A stretch of DNA of 64,000 nucleotides, from NCBI GenBank assembly GCA_964016885.1, contig OZ024740.1, positions 165,912,001-165,976,000 on the forward strand, given 5' to 3'. The stretch comes from Eledone cirrhosa. Lineage: Eukaryota. Of the stretch, positions 29,256 through 45,489 are shown one piece after another. The notes beneath the pieces were generated by a model. That model had not been told where the DNA came from, ran no database searches, and worked only from the letters and a program-made list of their open reading frames with translations. The position numbers and the translations under genes were made by a program. Within the stretch, counting starts at the first letter, position 1. Every line of letters begins with the position of its first letter.

Positions 29256-30401
29256 ATGAATTCTTGAGCTTCAGTTTAAAACATTTCATTGTAAGGGAAG
29301 ACTTACATACTTATATTGAATTGACCTAGTATGCTATTGGTGATAGCCAAAGCTAACATTGCTCTCGGCGGAATTTATCCCTATGACTACTGTAAACAAG
29401 TTGGTAGACCATCATTTCCTGAAATAAACACAATTATGATGATTGCTTTCAGGCTAGTAGAGGGAGAGGGTTGGTTCTGGTCGCGAAGACAAGATAAAAA
29501 CGAAAGAAGATGCAAGCAAACAAGAATAGTGGTGAATTAATTTCAAGTAAAATGGCGAGATCAACTATAACAATAAAGACAGCCACAAATAGATATTATT
29601 AAATACCAACTATAATATGGAACCACAAAATACCAATACTGGTAATTAATAAGGGTTTCTAATTTATAGGAAACAGAAGTTGATTATATTGTCTCGAGTA
29701 CTTGATTGATATCTTATAAGGAGGAATGACAAATATGACCTATGTGAGATTTGAACTCTGACCATAGAGATCCGTAATAAATACATTGAACTATGTTGTC
29801 CGAAACTCATTTCCCCGGCAAACAACATGCCTTTCTTTGTTAAAAAACTCTGCCAAGTAGATCTCTTTTCGGCGGAATTTATCCCTATGACTACTGTAAA
29901 AAAATCGCATATTAATGATAGCATGACCAAATTCAAAACTGAATTTTATGTTTATTATTTTAATCATTTGGCTGTTTCGGGTATTCAATTATAACTGCTT
30001 GTGTATCTGTTAGTTTTATTGTAAATTTTATCCTATTTGACATACAGTTTTTAAATACTCTTTATTTTGTTAAATTCGTTTGCGTTTGTCTGAAGATTGA
30101 CTGTTTTCTTTTAGAGTGTCGTATTTAGAGCAACTAGTTTTCTCTTTACTGGATCGTAATGCTTTTCTAGGGTAGGTAGTTATATAGAAAATGATTGTAA
30201 AGAACAGATTTCATAAAGAAAAATTAAATAATATTTGACAGATACCATTTGTTTTCCTCTGGAAGTAAAAATAATATAGTCGACATTACAACGCCACCTG
30301 TTTGTGAAATAATCCAGAAATAAACGATTTTTCACCCGGCAAATCTTAATTATGAAAAAAAAGTTGTAGAATAATTTTATAAAACCGCCTTATGTCGCAA
30401 A

Positions 30402-30442
<41 letters not shown>

Positions 30443-30459
30443 ATAATAATAATAATAAT

Positions 30460-30780
30460 TGTTTCTACTTTTGGCACCAGGCCAGCAATTATACCAGTGC
30501 ATTACTGGTACTCTATTTTATCGACCCCGTAAGGATGAAAGGCAAAGTTAACCTCAGCGGGATTTGAACTCAGATCATAAAGGGAGGTAACTCTATTTTT
30601 CAAAGCATGGCGCCCGACCCTCTGCCAATCCACCAATAATAATAATAATAATTTTAATAATGTTTTCTGATTTAGGCGCAAGCCCAACAATTTTAGGGGA
30701 GGGAATCAATGAAATCGAAACCAGGGTGTTACTGCTACTTTCATTTTCGACCAAGTTATTATGAATGGCAAAGCTAACAA
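30460..30780 (-). mobile_element. SINE (30460-30634) followed by an older related SINE remnant
   Basis: Same core, sitting in (AAT)n; degenerate copy starts at 30661. Confidence 0.8.
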
Positions 30781-31810
30781 TAATGAAAACAAGTAATAGT
30801 AGTAGTCATCACACAAAAAAACAAGATAGAGTTAAAGTAATCTGTAACAAAATATAATCCTAACCGAAATGGATATATATTGCAAATTAGGAATGAATAC
30901 AAGTAAAGTCAAGTGAGTGGATTAAATATTTGCTGTGAGACCCGATTTTTGCCTTAATTTAATTGAAGAGATGTCTTTAGTCTCTCTGAAATATGGAAAA
31001 CAAATACCGCTTTCATTTAATGTGTCGAAATTGAGAACAATAAATAAATAAATAAGTTAACATTTATTTCACGAGTAAAGGCAGAGGCGGGAAATTATGA
31101 AATAGATTAGAATGAAAAATTAATCATATTATGGGAAAAAATGTGTGATATTTTAAATTATGATAATTTAAATATTATGCCTTGGGTAAAAGCAACAACA
31201 GCAATATAAATATGTTTGAAATATTTCGGAAAACAAGTATTCCGATATTATTATCTCCCCTAATAGACATAGCGTGTGTGTAATCGTTTATCACATGACG
31301 AATGACGTAAAATAAAAAAAGAAACGTTTTAGAATAAGAAATCAATGTAAGTTGATAAAATACATTTCCTTTTTAAGTGTTCTGACACATATTACAAGAA
31401 ATATTTTTCATCGTCTAAAAAGCAACATTCGGTAACGATGTTTTCAGAAAAACAGCATTCATTCATGATAGAAACCACGTTTCTTCAAATGGGATTCTAT
31501 AAGAAAAAGAATTAAAAGTCATATGATGTTGGAAAGAAAACAAAAACAAAATAACAAGAAACTAACAGCCATCTTATAATCACAATGGTATGGTAGTCGA
31601 AAAAGAAGCGACATTGCTCTGATAAAAGATAATGTAAACCAGACTTTAAAATATTTCCTAAGATTTGAGAGTAGTTTTTTATAATTATATTGTATATTAA
31701 TATCCGATTGTCATATTTAAATATTCGCTTAATTTGCTATGATTCAGGTTCCACATTTATCTGTAATAATTGATTAAAAGAAATAGTAGTACTGGTAGTA
31801 CTGTAATAAT

Positions 31811-31994
31811 TGTTTCTACTTATGGCACAAGGCCAGCAATTATCCCAGTGCATTACTGGTACTTTATTTTATCGACCCCGTAAGGATGAAAGGCAAAGTC
31901 AACCTCGGCGAGATTTGAACTCAGATCATAAAGGGAGATAACTCTATGCTTCAAAGCATGGCGCCCAACCCTCTACCGATACTGCCAATCCACC
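31811..31994 (-). mobile_element. SINE, full length
   Basis: Same family; aataat on both sides. Confidence 0.85.
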
Positions 31995-32103
31995 AATAAT
32001 GTGCATCCATACACATATGTATTGGAAATCACCACTAATTTGATAGAAATTGAGGGCAATCTGGCATCTACATACATACGCACACACACACACACACACA
32101 CAG

Positions 32104-32195
<92 letters not shown>

Positions 32196-32322
32196 GTATA
32201 TATAGTGTATATATATATAGTGAAAGAATGAAGAGTAACATGGTTGGCTGTACGTACAACAAGTGGCTTTATTTCAGGTATTGACAATTGTTTCATTGAT
32301 GAGGTGAGTCTAGAGGCCGCTG

Positions 32323-33183
<861 letters not shown>

Positions 33184-33187
<4 letters not shown>

Positions 33188-33615
33188 CAGAATAATCAAA
33201 ACTATGTTCAAAATCTTTTATTGCTGACAACCGTTTCTTCCAAACTTTCGTTTGGTATCATCGGAGCACTAGCAAAGTTTAGATATATAATTAACCTCCT
33301 ATTCCACTGATACTGACCACATCATCTTCACTCTTTAAACATGACACTGTTAATGACAACACTAATATCTACGTATCTTTACAATTGTTCTGTGGAATAG
33401 GAAGTTAATTATATGTCTAAACTTTGCTAGTGCTCCGATGATTCCAAACGAAAGTTTGGAAGAAACGATTGTCAGAAATAAAATGTTTTGAACATAGTTT
33501 TGATTATTCTGTAATTTATATTCCGGCTCTGTAAAACATCTGATGTATTTACATTGAGCTATTTTTTCTTACTGGTAATAAGGTAGTAATGAATTACTGA
33601 CCTTTCCTGTTTATA
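33184..33615 (+). mobile_element. Fold-back element I (arms 33184-33307 and 33392-33515, plus tail) with U4C hammerheads
   Basis: 124-bp arms. UGCU-CCGAUGA-UUCCAAAC GAAA GUUUGGAA-GAAAC-GAUU-GUC at 33431-33477, mirrored at 33222-33268. Confidence 0.85.
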
Positions 33616-33642
33616 ATTATATATAGTGTATATATAAGTATA

Positions 33643-33755
<113 letters not shown>

Positions 33756-35029
33756 GAGATTCAGGGGCCCGAGGGCTTATCTCCGCTCATTTCGACAACT
33801 ATGGATTAACCGTAGCCACAACATAGCGCGATACATAATAAAGGCATATGCAATATGTTTATGTATTCTAAACATGGATATATAGACGTGTGGGAACATT
33901 TATACATTCGATTCTGAAGGTATCACAGGTCTGCTGTATATTGCCATTTCCATATAGTGAGGGTTTGCGGGTTGATATCAATTTGCAGATCTAACATTAT
34001 CATACACTTCGGTTGCTAGCATACTTCTTAATGTATATATATATATATATATACATATAGTTAATTCATATACTCATTTAGTAGTGCAGTTTAACTTCAT
34101 CGTAACGATTTATACACTAAATAATGATTTGTTCTCTCAAACGATATCAACATTTGAATAAAATTTATTTGACATATTGTAAAGATTAGTCTTTCTGTAT
34201 AGTATGCGTGTATGAGCGATGTGATCTGATGAGTATATGTAGATATGTAGGGCTGTAACCGAGTTTTAATGTACTTGGATACAAAAACGTATTGATTTTA
34301 GCTTATATATGGATAGCATTGATTCTTGAATTTAATATCATGTTTGCATAAATGCAATTAATATTTGCGAATAATTATATTTATATTCAGCATTTCTATT
34401 TATGAAAGGTTGTGTTGTTTTAAGTGAATTGAATGCTTTTCAATGAATGTATTTATATACTTAAAAGTATCTATGGAATGCACAGCTTGTCGATTTGAAT
34501 TTCAATGATAATGTTATGGTGCCCCAGTTATAATCATTTTCATATCAGTTAATAGGTTTATACAATTCCAAACAAACACTCATACATACTTATGCAAGTG
34601 TTTGTGTGGTACGTGTTTGTACGTTTGATATGTATAAACACACACACAGACACATACACAAACACGAACACACACACGAACAGACACACATATATATATA
34701 TATATATATATACACATGTATGTGTGTATAGATATGCATATGCACATGTTATATATATTTAAATCTGTCACGCGACAGTACTGCACTTGAATTTCAGACT
34801 ACTCCAATATATCCGGTCCATTATGGAATTAGAATAGATTTAAGATGCATTTTTCCCTAATTCCATGTGAGATGGAACGCATGCTGTACCTTCCTCTGAA
34901 ACGAAATGCTCCAGTCTCATATGAAAGACGAAGGAAAATATGAACCGTGATAGGAACATGTAGGATCAATGGTAGCACAATTAAAACATTATCTCATTAT
35001 ATAATGTCATTTACATTGTTTCAAAACGT

Positions 35030-35073
<44 letters not shown>

Positions 35074-35659
35074 CGGCGATGAATTAGTTTAGCGAGGTTT
35101 TTTATATGAAATCGTGTGTCGAAACAAATATTGTTATATTTGGGGAGGGTCATATTTGTGTAATATTGTCAGAATTAATAACAGAACACACTCACTGTTT
35201 GGTTGGTTTTCGCTTCTCGCTGTCTTTTATATCTGCGATCTAACTTAATCGGTCCTCAATGTTGCCATTGACTGACCGACGGTCAAAAATAATACAGATA
35301 CAATATAGACACAAACACATATATATAGTTTACATAATTTACATGAATCTTTCGTTGCACATCGTCAGTGGTGTTATATTTTTTCCTCCTGTTGTGTTGT
35401 ATGTCTACGCCATTTTTATATTCTAATTCTTTAATATCATTATATCAGAAATTCACCCCATGTAGAGCAGCTGCTTCTTCGAATTGAAAGAACACAGCTC
35501 CGGACATGTGGTTAGAAATGTCTCAGGAAAGAATCGCAGGATAGCCTTTACCGGCAAAACCAACTAGCAGGAGACCCACGATACTCTCAGGAATAAGTGG
35601 GTGAAGAAAAAGAATAATACGTACTGAAGACTGACCCGATGATATTATGTTTAGTTACG

Positions 35660-35756
35660 CCGAGGTTAACTTTGCCTTTCATCCTTACGGGGTCGATAAA
35701 ATAAAGTACCAGTAATCTACTGGGTAATTGCTGGCCTTGTCCCAATAGTAGAAACA
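35660..35756 (+). mobile_element. SINE, 5'-truncated
   Basis: Perfect 16-bp TSD attatgtttagttacg (35644-35659 and 35757-35772). Confidence 0.9.
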
Positions 35757-37687
35757 ATTATGTTTAGTTACGTTCATTTGTTTTCTGACCAATATTTTAA
35801 TAAAAGTGTCGACAAACTATCAATTAAGTTTGTGTGTCGGTATGATAAAATATAAGCATCCCTCTCTCGCCAAAATGTAATATGTATCATTGCACCTGCG
35901 TAGAAAATGGTGACAATCATGGTTAGCCTAATTAATAATGAAATATGTCCTGTTAATATCATCAATAAATTTAGTACTAACAAAGATTATATTCTTACTC
36001 AAGAAGAAACGACTTAACTCTATATTAAAACTCCATGTCTAGTGCGATAAAATGTCGTAGTGAATTGAATATCGATTCTTTCCTATTCGTTGTTATAACA
36101 CTTTAAATATGTCACCGTATATGAAAACTCATACAGCTTAATCCTTATAACTCTGAATGACGTTCTGTCTGAATGTCATAAATCCTTTTTATTGTTGTTG
36201 ATTTTATTGCTCATGCTTTGCATTCTTTTTTAAAGCACCGATAGCAACGTTTGTAGACAATTGGTCATGCAGAGTAGTTGTAGTTTCTTTTCTTAATATT
36301 GTGATTATTGTTATTCTATGAGCTAGAAATACCAACTTTGCCATCGCTAACGTCAACCAAGTGAATTTTTCTTCACATTTTCTCTGAAATGTGACTTTGG
36401 CATTCATTGTTGTTTTTCTTTCTTGAAATTTAGAATGTGTACGGTGTCAAATTTGACATATTTTGTGTCGCTATAATTTTTCATTCTTTATTTCATGTTA
36501 TAGTACCGTGAACGATGTTGGAGCGTCAATTTTAACTTTTATGTGTGACTCAGCTTTTTACCAACTATGCATAGAATAAATGTAATCAACTTAGGCTTTT
36601 TGAAAGTGAAATAAATATTTAACAGATGAGAATTCAGTAGGTAATGAACATGCAGAACTATACCAATGCTAAACTAAATAATAATCAAATCAAGAAAGAA
36701 ACCTTTTTTCCCCCGTGTGGTCTATATTCTTACATAGCATTTCTCTTTTTCTCCCCTTTCCTCGTTCTACCCACTCTCTGCCTTCTCTTTAATCCTTATA
36801 TATATACATGTACATATATATTCTTCATTTCATGTCATAGTTCTGAATCAGATTGTGGAACCGAGAAAACATTAGTTATTTTCTTTGAAGTAGAAATGAA
36901 AGTAAACAGATTTCGTTTTGCTAATCCTATAGTGCTTGCTTCATATGAGGTATTTTGGTCAGTGAGAATGGCGTATACATATATACTAGAGTAGTAAAAA
37001 AGTGATTGGCTGATATCAATTGTTATGGAAGTAAAATGTAACAGACTAGTCCTAAATGATAAAGAGAGCGCATTCAACATAAAATACAGAAAAGAAAAGA
37101 AATACGAGAGGCAGAATTTAATTTCAACAAATTATGATAAATGTAGTTTCATTTACGGTTAAAAGGAAACACCCTTATTATTTAGAAATATAGTTACTTT
37201 GAAGATTATTGATAAGGATGAGTGAGTTTTGTAACAAACTAGTCCATTGTTAAATCATTATATATATACCTCGTCACCATGTTGTGCATCGTTAGATAAA
37301 AATTAGCCAGGTGGATGGATTTCAGTCTTTTTGAAGCTAGAAGCGATTTCAGTCTTTTTGAAGCGAGAAAGTATTTATGATTTTACAACTTGCAAAATAT
37401 TCCACAAGTCATACTAAAAATCCAGAATACTGAAAGATATATTGGATAATATAGTCTTAGATATAAGAAAGAAGTGATGTTTATGACTGAAACGCCTTTA
37501 ATAATAAGGACAGCTAAATCAAGACAGCTTTTGAGTTACATAATAACGTCGGCGGGATTGCGTCTAACAGTTTCAGAACCAAGGCCATATAAATCAATCT
37601 GTTCATAGTACTGTTATGTTAATAACTAAAATGTTGGCTGGACTACACCCATAAAATTCTGTTTAAAGAACATTGTAAACCGCCCCA

Positions 37688-37720
<33 letters not shown>

Positions 37721-38252
37721 CCTTAACAAAAACACGTGGGAGAAATGTAGGAAACAGGAAACTCGGTAAAGACAAGTACATGGACGATACCCACTTATTG
37801 GCTGTCTTCTGAGGATCATTATAGTTTTGGATACTTTACAAGACAAGACTATTCACCAGAAGTGCATCAATATCTATCCACGAGTAGCTATTCGGGAAGT
37901 AAACAGAACGGACAAAAAAAAACAAAAAAAAAAATCAAACAAATAAACGAAGAAATATCTGCATACCGGTATAGGAAAGGGAAATTGTTACAATTGAAAG
38001 CATCACAAATATGGCTAGTAACTGTAGGAATGAATAAAAGAAATTAATACATGTTGGTTCGAGCAATAGCCCTAGATTTAGTATTAACAGTTAGGAGACA
38101 TGGCGAAAATCGTCTACATAGGTCAGCAGTCAAACTGTAAAAGAAAGAGACAACAGCTTGAACGAAATATGTGGGTGGGGCAGTATTTTGAACTGAGATA
38201 GAGGGAGAAAAAGGTAGATATATGGATATAGAATGAGAAATATAAATATATA

Positions 38253-38296
<44 letters not shown>

Positions 38297-38521
38297 GTGT
38301 GTGTAAACAGCAGTAGTAAACAACAGTTTGATTTAAAGACTAGGCTCTATGTTTACACTGATAATAATATTAACAAAATACGTGGGAGAAATATAGGAAA
38401 CAGAAAACTCGAAATAGACAAGCACATGGACAACACCCGCTCATCAGGTGTCTTCTGGAGATCATTATAATTTTTTTATTTTGTTATAAGACACGACTAT
38501 TCCCCAATATATGTATGCATG

Positions 38522-38579
<58 letters not shown>

Positions 38580-39092
38580 GTGTGTGTGCGCGCGCGTGCA
38601 TACAAGGCATTATTTTATTGATATCGATTATGCTATTTGTTCTGAGGAAACGTGCAGTTTTGTCCTCTTATTCTACGCATATTTGTTTTCAATTGAGGTT
38701 TGATCAGAATTTTATTCCTTTTTTAATGTATAGCTTTCTTAGACAACTGATTTTCTAGCATTTTTCAATTGCACATTCGAGTGTTAAAATGTGAGACGTG
38801 ATCATTTCAAAAGCTGAACCTGATGAAAAAAGTATTCCTAAATCATTCAGAATGTTAGACACACGCAACAACGAAATTCTATACTGAAACTAAATAACGG
38901 CAGTTAATCAAATATTTTAGTATAAACAAGTAGGGCACGTCCTTATCATAGGACTATTCTAAATTAAACATTGGTAATGCATTTGACAGTTTATTCGCAC
39001 TATTAATGTATTCTCATATAAATTATCATCAGTATAGATGCATAAGCATCAACAGCACACATACACATATGGAGACACAAACACATACTCAT

Positions 39093-39168
<76 letters not shown>

Positions 39169-40742
39169 AGCTATACGTATATATTTATATTCATATACAT
39201 GCATTTTTATAAATATATTTTACGTACACACACACATATATATGTGTGTGTGTGTGTGTGTCGTGTGTGTGCATATTTGTTTGTGTTGGTGTATGTGTTA
39301 CATATGTATATTTGTGTTGAATAAGTACATGTATATACATACATACATATGAAACACAAAAAAGGAAATGCTAACATACAACACGTTATGTTGTTATTAT
39401 TTAAATAAAAACTGCATATTTCTTCATATCAACAACAAGAAAAATTAGAAGAATAGTGTCCATTAACATTAATAACTGAACATCCACATGTAGCATATCT
39501 AAGAAGAAGAAAACATGAAGAGAAAATCGGAAGAAACACGAATAAACAGAAACATCTAAATTTATACAAATTTTATGTAAATAAGAGAAGGATTGTCTAG
39601 GCAAATATTTTCCGAGTTTCTTCTCTCTATAAAGAAAGAGAAAGGTATAAATATTTACGCCAGCCATTTTATTTAGCAAGCGTTCTGTCTACTATAATTT
39701 CAGATATTCTCTCGTCTCAAATGCATAACTATTCAAACTGTAAAATATTGCCGAATAATAGCAGCCCAGACGTGAAAACAACATTTATCCCATCCTTGTA
39801 TCTTTTCCTTCCTATCTCACTTTCTTAATCATCTCTGACTCTCTCCCTCTCCCATACGTTTACATGACAAACGCACTTGTAAGCATCCTAATATGTATAA
39901 TTGTATGCGTGTATATGTACAAATACACACTCACACACACACACACACAGACGCACACATACATACACATATGTATGTATATATATATAAAGGGATTACT
40001 TCAGAGTTACATTGATTATTATATTTCATGTGTTTGCTTTTGTTTATGAGAAACTGTTCAAAATCTGTCCATGCTGAGATATACATGCACCATTTTACTG
40101 CATTTAATAGTCAATCTTGCGAATATGGAATTCACCTACACAAAATTGCATATACTTCTTACACACACACAAATATATATAAACGATGTATGTGTGCGTG
40201 TGCGAATTTTTGTGAATAAGCCGATCAAATCATATTTATAGGTACACATATGCAAACAATAGAGGTATGAGAAATGGCTGAATACATATGTATGCAGTGA
40301 TAGATGTTTCTCTCTCCAGCCAAATAAAACAATCAGTTTACGAAACGTTGAGCGAAGTTGAAGTTTAAAGTTATGTTAGCTTAGAGCATGTTGCAACAAT
40401 TCAGGCTTAACAGTTAAATATACGAACAAGTATAGCGTATAAACCGGCAGAGACGAGAAAACTCGCTTCGAAGTGAAAATACCGACATACGGTTGATGTG
40501 AGTTCGATTCGCACAGGGGACTGTCCATTTTTCCCGTTTCTATGGGTTTATATTGACTATTAATAGTCAAACAGCTCAATGCAAACAAATATTATTTTAA
40601 CACCCCTTTATATATAGAGAGACAGAGAGAGAGAGTTGGTCCTATAGGTGAGCTTGGGCCCATCTTCTGCGAAACACGCATAACAACAACTATCTTATAC
40701 ATGTAAACGAAACACCCTAGTTTTTCTAAAATATATATATGC

Positions 40743-40829
<87 letters not shown>

Positions 40830-41363
40830 CATACGTGTGTATATGTAAACATCCATACGCATACATTTATATATACACGAAATACTACAATGTATTTATA
40901 CATCGTGTATTTATTCATTCTTGTTTAAGCCCATTCCCATTCACACGTGTGAGTGTGAGAGAGTATAAGTGGAAAAGAATATATGTGTGTTTAAACATGC
41001 AGAAACACATTCTCCATTGTGTAGCAGCAAAATGTAGTAAATTGATGCCAGGTTTAGAGGGCGGTGCCCATATATTTCCCAGTTAGACTTGCAGGAAGAG
41101 TGGAAGTCATCACTTGTTACCTAATGAAACATTTCTGTAGTTTGCACTGTTATTCCAGTTCTAAGGTGTCTATTTACAGTGAAGCCTATATGGTCATTTT
41201 AGTTTCATGGGAATAATATTTTATTGTCAGCCCGTCTGGGCAAGGGTAATTTTTTATGGGATGTTAGATGGAAACTAATCTTAAACAGGTCGTACAATAA
41301 ACATATAATATATCGAATATCTCTCCCCTTCTCCATATCTTTCTCTTTCTCTCCTGCTCTCTC

Positions 41364-41432
<69 letters not shown>

Positions 41433-41526
41433 GGTAAAGAGACAGAAAATATGTACAAATGCACACACACATGTTTATATACATTCTTACGTTTATGCAC
41501 GCACTTACACACGCGCGTGTATGTGC

Positions 41527-41557
<31 letters not shown>

Positions 41558-41757
41558 AACATATGCATATATATGTATATACATATGTATATATACATAT
41601 ATACATATATATATACATATGTATATATATATATGTCTATATATATACATATGTATATATATATATGTCTATATATATATATATATGTATATATATGTAT
41701 ATATATATATGTATATACATATATATACATATATGTATACATATATATACATATATT

Positions 41758-41789
<32 letters not shown>

Positions 41790-41798
41790 AATATACAT

Positions 41799-41831
<33 letters not shown>

Positions 41832-44251
41832 AATATATATATATGTGTGTGTGTGTAATTATTTATAGATAAATATATTTTTATTCTTGAACACACATAT
41901 TTAAACACACAGACTCATGTTCATACGTGGATCTATGTGATTCTATGAATATAAAATGGTTGCACATATTTGATAGAAAAATGTCTTTCCCACATTACAG
42001 AATTTAAAAACATAAACAATCCAATAAGCAAAAGCGAAATAAAAAATTCTACAAACATTGACAACGGTGACATGTCTCTTGCTGAAATAGGATGACATTT
42101 ATTGGTATAGAGAAAATAACGCGCTGACAATGTTTTCTTAAAGCAAAGGTGTGGGAATGCTCCTTTCGATGGTTGTATGAATGGAAAGAAAGTCAGTCAA
42201 GACATCAACAACTCAACAGCAACATATTTGGAAATGTAGAGGAAATACGAAATGTCAGTACGAGATATACTAATAGCTATTCTAATATTACACCTGTGTA
42301 TAGATTTATGCATTACTATTTTTACGTATGTTTCCTTTACAGACAGCTACAATTATGTTTTCAAATAGCTTCAATGCTGCTACTTTTGTGGAGAAGTGAT
42401 ACGGTTTACTGTATTATTTTCTATTACATTATTTTCTATTACCAATGTTTAATCTCTTCGAGCTACAAACTATTTAAATGAAGGATAATAAATGTTGAAA
42501 TAATTCATTATAAAGAAATATCAATTTGGGAATGGAACTGAATAATTATAATTATATATAATTATAAGTTGTTGGGAAATATTTTGTATGTCGTTGTTGT
42601 TGCCTTCATTGATGTTTGGACTAGTATATGGCTTGTTCATAACGATGAACTCTTTCCTGTACTGCTTTCTTCTTTTATTAAGTCAGCAAAGTGTGTTTTG
42701 TGGGAATTAGGTTGCTATTTCTAAGAAGTCAAATGACCACAAAAAGGTTTTCTCTTTGGTTAGAGATGTATTATACAGTTGTTGGTGGCGGTAGCAATAT
42801 TTATAGTGTTAGATATTACAATGACAAAGGTAATTTATTATTAGTAGATCTAATATATAGTAATAACGATTCCAAATAGCCAATCCACTGAATCGCTAGT
42901 GGGTTGGACAAAAATCCTTGATCTACTAACATATATAACACGCGAGTCACGAATTGGCTACTTGATTTGTTGAAAATATTATCTAAACTTCCCTCAAACA
43001 ATGCCCGGACACATTGGATAATATATTCTATTTGGATATATTATCTGAAAATATGACAAAGTTTGTTTAACTTCATTTAACTTCGGAGTTCAAATCCCGT
43101 CTAATTTAACATTCACTTGCATCCTTCCGAAGTCAATAAATCAAATAAAATCCATTTACCAAATTCGGTACAATCACCAATACGTCATAACTGGGCTATA
43201 CATTGAAGATAGTGCTCAGTCATGGGCAAATCTAATGACTGAAACCAACAAAAGAATAAGAATATGATGTTGTTCTTGACCATCAGTTCAGCTAAGATCT
43301 AACAACTACCTGAGGCAAAACTCTATAGCAAAGATCATCTCATCTTTCGTCAACACATCGTACCTATAGAGCTTCAATATTCAATGTGAAGTTCTTGTAG
43401 ATAGCAGAGTGTAGTTTCTGATACCTAATTGCTCTTCTAGTCGGTTAAACCACTAGATCAACGCTGATATTATTGCTGTCTTAAGAAAATAATATACAAA
43501 TATGATACTTCATTTACTAAACCATTGCTTACATAAACATTTCTTTCTCATATAAATATTAAAGGGCGTGGCATATTAAAAGTGTGTTATTTTCTCTCTA
43601 CCGTTCCACACATTTACTATCGAATATATGAGCGAACATTTAATTGACGTTGAATATTTTCTCTAACGCAGAACATAACAGTTGCTCTACGAAACCGGTC
43701 ACGATGACATCCACAGTGTCATGTGTAACAATATACTATCTAATGATAACGGCCAATCGATGATTCAAAAGAGAGCCGCACTCTTATTGTCACGATTTGC
43801 ATAATAATAGTCATATATACATAATAACTTTATTGATTCTATCTGTTCATTTTCTGTTCATATAACTATTGTGTATTTATATAATGTGCATATTATAGAA
43901 AGTAAATAAAACAAATAATTGAATATCTATAGACATGTTTTATGATATATAGCTCTGATTGTTTAATTTATTAATTTTTCATTGAGACACAAAGTGACCG
44001 GTTGCAAAACACGTATATGTATATGTATGTATATATATATATATGTAAACTTTTATATGTAATAATCTCCCACTAGGTTGAGATACAAATGTGGCTGTAT
44101 TGTGCTGTGCTTTCTAGCAAAAATGCCACCAGTCGTAAGCAACTACCACACCCCTTCCAACCTGACCGCGACTACGTCACGATTTTTAGCCATTTTGAAA
44201 TGAATTCTTGGGGCGATCGCTTTGGAAAATTTAGTGTCTAGATATGAGCGA

Positions 44252-44339
44252 GCTTCCTGAAGAATCCGGCGCTCGAGTTTACATAATTATTACATAATTG
44301 TTGGAAAACTCAAAACACGGACGAAACCATGGTAGAGGT
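44252..44339 (+). ncRNA. Hammerhead ribozyme with long stem II insertion
   Basis: GCUUC-CUGAAGA-aUCCG[about 50-nt hairpin]CGGAc-GAAA-CCAUGG-UA-GAGGU. Stem I is 5 bp; stem/loop III is palindromic. Confidence 0.75.
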
Positions 44340-45066
44340 ATTTAAATGTATTCTATTTTCTCCTAGTTTATTTTGAACCTAATTCTGTTTAGTTGACTAT
44401 ATCTAGGCGATTACGCTGTCGAAATATTCGATAAATATTCCGCTACGGCCGACGCGAAGCGCTAGTTTCGGTTATTTGTCGGAGATTCCTTTATAGAAGC
44501 CTCATTCTTATAGCCTGGTCTATTCGATTTTTTATATAGTTAATTATGCTAATTGGGAGAGGAAATAGTATATATTTTATCTTGTGATTCTATAGACATG
44601 TTTTATGATATATATATATATATATATATATATGTATTTATTTATTTATACGAGTATATGAGTGTGTGTGAGGTGTGAGAGTGAGAGAGATAACACATAT
44701 ATATATGATACACAACCACCAAGCTGTGTGTGTTCCCAGGCGCACGCTCTGCCGTCCAATCACTATTTACCATAGGGTGATTATTTATAATCTATCGTTT
44801 ACAAAAAATAAAGTTATTAGTAATATCATACATCATTTCTTTTTGTGTTTAAACAAAAGAGAAAATATAGATATAAATTAATGATTTACTTAGTTCGAAT
44901 ATCACTGTCTAAATCCGGTCTGAATAAACGTCTGTTACATAAACATACTATTGACTTATACTACACGAATGAATCAGGTAAAAGGTTCCATAAATACAAC
45001 GTCACGTATATTACACAGGGTTGTAGATATTCTTCATATATGGATGTGAATACACCTACACATAAA

Positions 45067-45135
<69 letters not shown>

Positions 45136-45489
45136 ACAACAAATGTTCTAACAGTTCACAGAATATGAAAACGAACTTTTAGAAATATTTGTTGAGTTTT
45201 ATAAACCAACCGAAACCCTTTTCGGATTAAAGAAAAAATATTTTTTAAATATACCTCTATGCATTTACACTGACAATTTTAACCTATAACTTTTGATTTG
45301 TACGGAACTTTACCCAGCTTTTCAAATGTGTGTATATGAAGCCTTGCTATTTTACAAGGACATTTTGAGAATAAAAGAATTTTTGTACGTTTTTTCATAA
45401 ATTTATTAAATATTTTTTCACTGTATTTCATTGTACAACATCATTTACTAAGTTCATAATATCTGAAATGAAATACACACACACACATC

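Noticed and set aside
40430-40530. Possible tRNA gene (gagttcgattc B-box)
   Set aside because: No cloverleaf could be built; at most a SINE head remnant.
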